Below are positions 58,222 to 64,000 of a stretch of 64,000 nt of DNA, one piece after another. The position numbers and the translations under genes were made by a program. The stretch is taken from positions 293,449 to 357,448 of the forward strand of contig MFDN01000001.1 of the NCBI GenBank assembly GCA_001776935.1. The letters run 5' to 3'. Position 1 is the stretch's first letter, and every line of letters begins with the position of its first letter. The DNA comes from Candidatus Daviesbacteria bacterium RIFCSPLOWO2_01_FULL_39_23 (GTDB taxonomy: Bacteria; Patescibacteriota; Microgenomatia; Daviesbacterales; UBA10151). Under the pieces are notes generated by a model that saw only the letters and a program-made list of their open reading frames with translations, had not been told where the DNA came from and did not search any database.

Positions 58222-58941
58222 TTAAAAATGGAACTGTGTACTAAGCCAGGTTAATAACGCAATCGTTGGTGTGGCAACTGCGGTAATGTCGGCAAGAAAA
58301 GCAATATTATCTTTAGCTTTTTGAAGTATGCCGGTGTCAGGCTGCTGTTTTGCTAGTTGGCTTTTAATTGTCTCAAGGTCACTTTGAATTGAGATTTTTT
58401 GCTCGTCGGGTAACTCACCAAGGGCATTTACTCGACGCCGGAGATCCTCTGCAAGCTTATGTCCTTCCACAAACTGGGCGTTTGCAATATTTGCAATTGT
58501 ATTTTGATTTCCAATAATAATGTTATTGCCATCTCCTGTTATATCACCTATGCCTGCGAAGACGTTACTCTTGTCAAATTTTGATCCATGTTCAAAGTAT
58601 GCAAGACCCTCTTTAGTAAGGCAATATTTATATGAGGGCTTAGAATTACCAAATTTATTATTTGCAAAATAATTTTCTATTGCCTCTTCTTTTACAAATT
58701 CATTTTCTATAAGAAACCGTGTATTTGAGAATACTTCGTTTTCCTTTATTTTTGGTAAATCTTTTTTAACTTCTTGAGTGAGGTCTCTGATACCAACAAG
58801 TAATGACTTTTTTCCCCGTGCTTTGTTATGGATGCGGTAAAGTGCTTCAAGAATTTTTTCTCGGATATAATCTGAATCCATATTTGTGTGTTGGCAGTAA
58901 GAATATACTAATGGCATCAATTTGTCAAGTTTTTCTTTCAT
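58222..58941 (-). CDS. wHTH-like N-terminus, Asn/Gly linker and helical C-terminus (hypothetical)
   Basis: First gene of the RM operon; YCLTKEGLAYFE wing-like pattern. Confidence 0.5.
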   Translation of the reverse strand: MKEKLDKLMPLVYSYCQHTNMDSDYIREKILEALYRIHNKARGKKSLLVGIRDLTQEVKKDLPKIKENEVFSNTRFLIENEFVKEEAIENYFANNKFGNSKPSYKYCLTKEGLAYFEHGSKFDKSNVFAGIGDITGDGNNIIIGNQNTIANIANAQFVEGHKLAEDLRRRVNALGELPDEQKISIQSDLETIKSQLAKQQPDTGILQKAKDNIAFLADITAVATPTIALLTWLSTQFHF

Positions 58942-59245
58942 AGGTTTTCATAGGTTGTCAGGTTGAGCGGAATTAGTAGCAGGAGAGTATTTGGAGATAT
59001 TGGGAATAAGTGGAACAAGTTTCTTAAAGGAGGTTATTTCTTTAATTTCAATTGCATTATTTTCTGCTTTCATTTTAACTCTGAATGTATGGAAAAGCTA
59101 GACTGATTAGTAGTAAGTAGTAAGTAGGGGTAGCTGGGATGATACTAGGTGTCAGTTATGTTCAATAAAGGCCTTATAACCAGTCAACTGTTTATTATTC
59201 CCTGAACCGGAATAGATATTTTTAGTTCCAAAGGTAAAGGAAATA

Positions 59246-60229
59246 TTATTTTTGGACGATTCTGTAGTATCTACCACGGGTTTTCCCGCTTGTTTCTATT
59301 AAACCTTTGTCAACTAGGCTTTTCAGATCATACCGCAGGGTTCTCCCGGGGATTTTTGGAAATCTTCTTCTTATCATATCAAAAGATATAACTTTATGGT
59401 CTTTCATAATATTAACTATTTCCTCTTGTCTTGGGGCAAGAAACCTTTGTTTATTTGCAATTTCTTCCTCAAGTTGGTTTTTTAATGTTTCCAGTTGATC
59501 AAGATAAGCCTCCAGCATAAACTCAAGGTATTCATTTGTATTCTGCAATCCTTTATCCAGATGAAAATAGTAGTCACTTTTGTGGGCATCGAGATATTCT
59601 TCAAACGGGACCGCAAAGGCAAAGTTCCATCCGTAAGACTTTAAAACAGCTGATATCAGGAGCCTGCCTACTCTGCCGTTCCCATCCAGGAACGGGTGGA
59701 TTTTCTCAAAGATAAGATGGCTAAGGAACGCCGTTACAAGAGGAAACCCTTCTTTTTTGGAATTGATAAATTGAAGTAATTGGTTCAAAAGGGGATTAAT
59801 TTGTGAGGGGCGGGGTGGTAAATATACCGCAACATTGGCCTGATTAAAAATTACACTTACTTCGGTCCGGATTTGTCCGGCATCAGGACTTAAATCTTTA
59901 AGCACTACAAGGTGTAATTTTAAAAGAATGTTTTTAGAAAGAGGTTCATCGACCTTTATCCGGTTAATTAAATTTGCCGCATCTATAAGGTTAAAAATTT
60001 CTTTTTTCTTTTGTTTTTCCGTATTCTTAGATTCCAGATCAGAAATCTCAAGAGTATTTCCTTCGATACGGGCAGAGTAAAGAGAGCTTTTTAAGAGACT
60101 TATTCTTTTGATTTTATCCATGATTTTGGGAGGAAGATTGGCAGAAGAGAAGTGTATTCTTAAGACTTCGATTTTTGTTATAAGAGAGATTATCCTGTTG
60201 GTTGTAGTGTATAAAGGAGGGATCCACAT
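59246..60229 (-). CDS. Fic protein with C-terminal wHTH
   Basis: SARIEG inhibitory helix, HPFLDGNGRVGR, and RTLRYDLKSL HTH. Confidence 0.92.
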   Translation of the reverse strand: MWIPPLYTTTNRIISLITKIEVLRIHFSSANLPPKIMDKIKRISLLKSSLYSARIEGNTLEISDLESKNTEKQKKKEIFNLIDAANLINRIKVDEPLSKNILLKLHLVVLKDLSPDAGQIRTEVSVIFNQANVAVYLPPRPSQINPLLNQLLQFINSKKEGFPLVTAFLSHLIFEKIHPFLDGNGRVGRLLISAVLKSYGWNFAFAVPFEEYLDAHKSDYYFHLDKGLQNTNEYLEFMLEAYLDQLETLKNQLEEEIANKQRFLAPRQEEIVNIMKDHKVISFDMIRRRFPKIPGRTLRYDLKSLVDKGLIETSGKTRGRYYRIVQK

Positions 60230-60241
60230 AACCCTATTTTA

Positions 60242-60282
60242 CCAAATATTGCCGAATCTTGCCATATGTTGCCAAATATTGC
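60242..60282. repeat. Four tandem 10-bp repeats upstream of fic (likely operator)
   Basis: CCAAATATTG CCGAATCTTG CCATATGTTG CCAAATATTG C. Confidence 0.7.
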
Positions 60283-60287
60283 TTAAA

Positions 60288-61469
60288 TCAGGTTGAGAAA
60301 ATATAGAGTTCTTCTTCGGCTCTTGTGACAGCAGTATAAAGCCATCTGCGCCAGATATCATCTGTCATTTGTTTAAATCTTTCCTCAAATAAAATCACTT
60401 TTTTTGATTGCGACCCCTGTGCTTTGTGCACAGTTAAGGCATACCCAAAATCAAATAAATCCCCTGCCATAATTTGTGAGCGCTTTTCCGTAAAATTTAA
60501 GGGTTTATCAGAGTTAAACTGCATAACAGAAATAAGCCCCTCATAATTTTTGTCTTCATCATCCATACAAATTTCTGCTTCATACCAGCTGTTGTCTTTT
60601 TTCTTTATATTGATAATTGTTCCCAGCATGCCGTTTGCGATATTTTTTTTGTGATTATTCCGCAGGCAGATCACCCTGTCTCCTGATTGTGGTTCGGGTG
60701 ATTCAAATCCTAAGATGTTTCTTATATGATTATTTAATTTTCTGCGGGTGGAGTTGTAACCGCAGAGGATCAGGGTATCTGTTTGAAAATTTGCAAGCAT
60801 TTCTCCCATTTCTTCCCGGGCATCCGGATCATCAGGAGAAAATTTTTTGACACCGGAGGAATATTTGCCCGGACGGATTAAGCCGTGTTCTCTTGCCTGA
60901 ATAGATAATCCGATTATCGGGTTTTGCCTTGCCTGACGGTGTATTTCTTCCAAACGCAAATTGGGATCCTCCATTAAATTAAAATTTCCTTTAATCGGGG
61001 GAAGCTGACCATGATCGCCAACTACAATAATCGGTACATGATAACCCAGGAGATGATTCCAGATTGTTTCATCTACCATGGAGGCCTCATCTATGATAAT
61101 TAAGTTGCATTCAATTTCATCTTTTGTCTGCCAGCCGATAATTTCTTCTTTTTCATTAACAATAGGGGAGTAAATTAAGGAATGAATCGTGCTGACTGTA
61201 TCTTTTTTTAAGATGACATTTTGCATTTTTAGTTTATTTTTCAAAACCCGGGCTGCTTTGCCGGTGTATGATGCAAACCCCACTTTTAAGTTTTTATTTT
61301 CTTTGGCAAGTTTTTGCCTTAAAATGGCAATTAAAGTAGTTTTGCCGGTGCCTGCATATCCTCCCAGGGTGATGAATTGCTTTTTTTCTTTTTCTTTTTT
61401 CCGCCAGCCGGCAGACCAGGCCAAAATTGAATCCAAAACATTTTGCTGGTCTTTTGAGAGATTAATCAT
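60288..61469 (-). CDS. RecD/Dda-like SF1B helicase
   Basis: GYAGTGKT, IDEASM, GDHGQLPP, YALTVHKAQGS and LYTAVTRA motifs. Confidence 0.9.
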   Translation of the reverse strand: MINLSKDQQNVLDSILAWSAGWRKKEKEKKQFITLGGYAGTGKTTLIAILRQKLAKENKNLKVGFASYTGKAARVLKNKLKMQNVILKKDTVSTIHSLIYSPIVNEKEEIIGWQTKDEIECNLIIIDEASMVDETIWNHLLGYHVPIIVVGDHGQLPPIKGNFNLMEDPNLRLEEIHRQARQNPIIGLSIQAREHGLIRPGKYSSGVKKFSPDDPDAREEMGEMLANFQTDTLILCGYNSTRRKLNNHIRNILGFESPEPQSGDRVICLRNNHKKNIANGMLGTIINIKKKDNSWYEAEICMDDEDKNYEGLISVMQFNSDKPLNFTEKRSQIMAGDLFDFGYALTVHKAQGSQSKKVILFEERFKQMTDDIWRRWLYTAVTRAEEELYIFST

Positions 61470-61508
61470 ACCTGTGAATTTTAATACTAAATATGGTAAT
61501 GTAGGAAT

Positions 61509-62045
61509 ATGTCAGATACACAAGAGATTTGTCCCAAATGCGGCTCAAGCTTAGGCGAGGTTGTGCAAACTGCTACCGGTAAAAAGCTTAGGAGGTGTTC
61601 TGCCGGAGCCTGGAACCCCCAGACCAAAAAAAATGAGGGATGCGAATATGTTTTATGGCTTGCTGTTGAACCGCAAAATTTGGATGAAAAATGCCCCAAA
61701 TGCGGTGCAGGATTGATTTTGCAGACCACGCGTTTTGGCAAGAAAATGAAAAAGTGCGCTAGTGGCGGCTGGGATAAAGAGGCCAAAAAAGCAACGGGTT
61801 GTGATTTTGTTGAGTGGATAAACGGCAGTTCTGAGCCTTTGGATGAAAAATGTCCTGACTGCGGGGAGTCTTTGGTTTTATATACAACAGCAGCAGGTAA
61901 AAAGATGAAGAAATGTTCAACGGCAGGCTGGGACAGGGAAGCAAGGAAAGCAACAGGTTGTACATATGTCCAGTGGCTAAAACCAGGGGAAATCCCCCAA
62001 ACTCCAAGCAGTGCAGGAGAGGAATTTTTACCCCCGGAAAAATAG
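61509..62045 (+). CDS. Stand-alone topoisomerase-type C4 zinc-ribbon repeat protein
   Basis: Three repeats of CPxCG..L...T..GK....CS..W.....GC..V.W. Confidence 0.8.
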   Translation: MSDTQEICPKCGSSLGEVVQTATGKKLRRCSAGAWNPQTKKNEGCEYVLWLAVEPQNLDEKCPKCGAGLILQTTRFGKKMKKCASGGWDKEAKKATGCDFVEWINGSSEPLDEKCPDCGESLVLYTTAAGKKMKKCSTAGWDREARKATGCTYVQWLKPGEIPQTPSSAGEEFLPPEK

Positions 62046-62053
62046 ATTGATGT

Positions 62054-62653
62054 ATGGAAAATGCCGGCGTAGAAATTAACCAAAACGCAAAAAAGAGCCT
62101 TGAAGACATTTTAAAAGAGGCGGATGAAAAGTCTGAGGGTAGTCAGGGAATAAAAGTTTCTGAGGCCTGGAGATATCGGGAAGCAGTCCGGGTCAAATAC
62201 GGCTTGCCGGAATGCGGCTACAGGTGGGAGGATCCGATAAGGTATATCAGCGAAGCGGAAGGCTTGCTGAAAGAAAACGGAGTACAGGTAAGAGGGAAAC
62301 ATGAATTTTCCACCTTCTTTAAGGAAAACCCAGGCGCTATTGCATTACATTCCGGTCCTAATGTTTTTAGAGATTCAACTGTTGCGGTAGAAGAGGCTTC
62401 TGACGGGGAATGGTTTAAGCTTAGAGCCCGCGCTAATCAGTTAGCTCATGAGTCGGTTCACGCTTTTCAAGATATCAAATATCCAAGAATGCCGGATGAG
62501 GAAGCTGAAAGAGAAGCATTTTATTACCAGATGCTAACACCCCAGCAGATTGTTAGCCATAAAGATGATCCCGAATTTTTATATAGCCTGGTAAATGATG
62601 TAATAGAAGGTAATGTTCAGTGTTCAGTTTCGATTGATCAGAAAATTAATTAG
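62054..62653 (+). CDS. HExxH zincin-like hypothetical protein
   Basis: LAHESVHAFQ...EAEREAF. Confidence 0.55.
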   Translation: MENAGVEINQNAKKSLEDILKEADEKSEGSQGIKVSEAWRYREAVRVKYGLPECGYRWEDPIRYISEAEGLLKENGVQVRGKHEFSTFFKENPGAIALHSGPNVFRDSTVAVEEASDGEWFKLRARANQLAHESVHAFQDIKYPRMPDEEAEREAFYYQMLTPQQIVSHKDDPEFLYSLVNDVIEGNVQCSVSIDQKIN

Positions 62654-63733
62654 TTATTTAACTAAATTTTGGCTTTGCACTTTCATAGCTTCAAGAATTT
62701 TTATTTTTTCTTCCCCTTCCAAAAAGTGCGGTTGTCCAAAATCTTCTATTTGAATAGGAAAAAATTCCGCATCAATTAAAGTTTTATCATAAAAAGTATA
62801 TTTTCCCACAACTCCCTGCTTGGTTTTTAAACTCCACTCCTGATCAAAAATAAAATTCCCGTGAGCGTAAGTAATTAATTTATTTTTGTATACTTCAACG
62901 GGCTGGATCCAGTGCGGGTGATTGCCGATGATTAAATCTGCCCCGGCATCTATTGCAAAACGGGCTAAATATTTTTGTCTCTCATCCGGCTGGTCCTGAT
63001 ATTCAACACCCCAGTGGAAAGCAACTATGACTACATCAGCGATTTTCTTTGCCTTAAGAATTTCAGATTTTATTTTTTCTTCATCTGCATTGGAAATACC
63101 CGGCTGGGGTTTGGTTATATCGTTATACCCTAAAAAGGCAAATTTTAGTCCCCGGATATCCATAACAACCGGCCCGTTTACTCCGGTTACCAGGACCCTG
63201 TTTTTTACCAGAAGGTCATATGTTTTTTGCACGCCCTCTTTACCAAAATTTCCGGCATGGTTGTTGGCCAAAGAGGCAATATCAACTCCGCTGTATTTTA
63301 AGCCTTCTAAATTCCCGGCATCTCCGCAAAAAATCATTCCCTCATTGGTTAAAGGACAATTTGGAAAAAGCGGAGTTTCCAGATTTATGAAAGTAATATC
63401 AGCGCTTTTTAAAATTTGAGCAGTTTCCAGGTACGGCCATTTAAAATCTTTTCTAATATTGGCCTGAAAATTCACCGAGCGGGCAGGAATAATGTCTCCT
63501 GTTGCAATAATGGTTCTTAGTTTTTCTTTGGGAAAAGAGGAAATTTGATTATGACCGGGGCTAAATATTTGATCAATTGCGGGTATTTTTTCAATATAGG
63601 AGGGTTTTTCCGGTTTAGTAATTATATTTTTACCTTCAAGGAATACAGGTTTGATAATTTCTAAAGGCTTTTTAGGAAGCAGGAAAAAAACCAGCCCGGC
63701 AATTAATACTAAGGCAAGAATTAATTTGACCAT
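62654..63733 (-). CDS. capA: CapA/PGA_cap family metallophosphoesterase
   Basis: GDI, NLETP, ANNH, HWGVEY, GNHPH and GNFIFDQ motifs. Confidence 0.88.
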   Translation of the reverse strand: MVKLILALVLIAGLVFFLLPKKPLEIIKPVFLEGKNIITKPEKPSYIEKIPAIDQIFSPGHNQISSFPKEKLRTIIATGDIIPARSVNFQANIRKDFKWPYLETAQILKSADITFINLETPLFPNCPLTNEGMIFCGDAGNLEGLKYSGVDIASLANNHAGNFGKEGVQKTYDLLVKNRVLVTGVNGPVVMDIRGLKFAFLGYNDITKPQPGISNADEEKIKSEILKAKKIADVVIVAFHWGVEYQDQPDERQKYLARFAIDAGADLIIGNHPHWIQPVEVYKNKLITYAHGNFIFDQEWSLKTKQGVVGKYTFYDKTLIDAEFFPIQIEDFGQPHFLEGEEKIKILEAMKVQSQNLVK

Positions 63734-63737
63734 GTTT

Positions 63738-64000
63738 TTAATGATATACTAAAGAATAGTAACTTATGACAGGGATATTTTCTTTTTTTTGCAATTGGCC
63801 GGAATTTGTATGATACAAAAGGTCCATTCCGGTTGTTCCCAGATTCTGCATTGTTTTTAAAAGTACGGTAATCGAAGGGGGGCTGTCCAGGTAGTCGCTG
63901 TTTAGCAGGTACAATTTTTGGAAATTAAATTCTTCAATTGCTCCTAATGTTATTTTGTCTTTTTCTTTGGCCTGCGTGCTTTTAAGATAGTGGGAAAAAT
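63738..64000 (-). CDS. Partial MEMO-like (AmmeMemoRadiSam protein B) gene, C-terminus only
   Basis: Manual translation: (D)FSHYL...AKEKDKITL...LDSPPSI...HTNSG...VISYY. Confidence 0.7.
   Translation of the reverse strand, partial: FSHYLKSTQAKEKDKITLGAIEEFNFQKLYLLNSDYLDSPPSITVLLKTMQNLGTTGMDLLYHTNSGQLQKKENIPVISYYSLVYH

Noticed and set aside
59109-60282. CRISPR array from short repeats (AGTAGTA tandem and the 10-bp repeats)
   Set aside because: The units are too short, there are no spacers, and there is no cas operon.
1293-63419. Numerous 60-200 aa antisense or nested ORFs in the track
   Set aside because: They are shadows of longer, well-supported genes and carry no recognisable motifs.

Overview
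AT-rich bacterial DNA read in the standard code (11). The gene content is most consistent with a Patescibacteria/CPR genome, which is an inference from gene families, not a taxonomic assignment. There are four blocks. (1) ~1-21.7 kb is a metal/thiol-redox island: CsoR plus a P1B copper ATPase, a stand-alone MerA, three YHS proteins, two CcdA-like proteins, several thioredoxin-fold proteins, an OmpR-type two-component pair and a BlaI/M56 pair. Three operator families can be read directly in the DNA. (2) 23.4-26.8 kb is a 1128-aa putative defence protein. (3) 27.0-45.9 kb is an intact podovirus-like virion and lysis operon: scaffold, capsid, adaptor, nozzle, fibre, a ~1880-aa polyvalent ejection protein, amidase, M23 peptidase and holins. 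No portal, terminase, integrase or replication gene is recognisable in the window. The operon has an attenuator-like leader, hairpins over ribosome-binding sites and an embedded KhpA-type KH RNA-binding gene. (4) 46-64 kb holds a radical SAM-Nudix pair, a PD-(D/E)xK nuclease and a type I RM operon with inserted HEPN-like and membrane genes, followed by host-like genes (Fic, RecD-like helicase, CapA). No rRNA, canonical tRNA or CRISPR array was seen. All family assignments come from motif recognition by eye and need HMM or structure searches.
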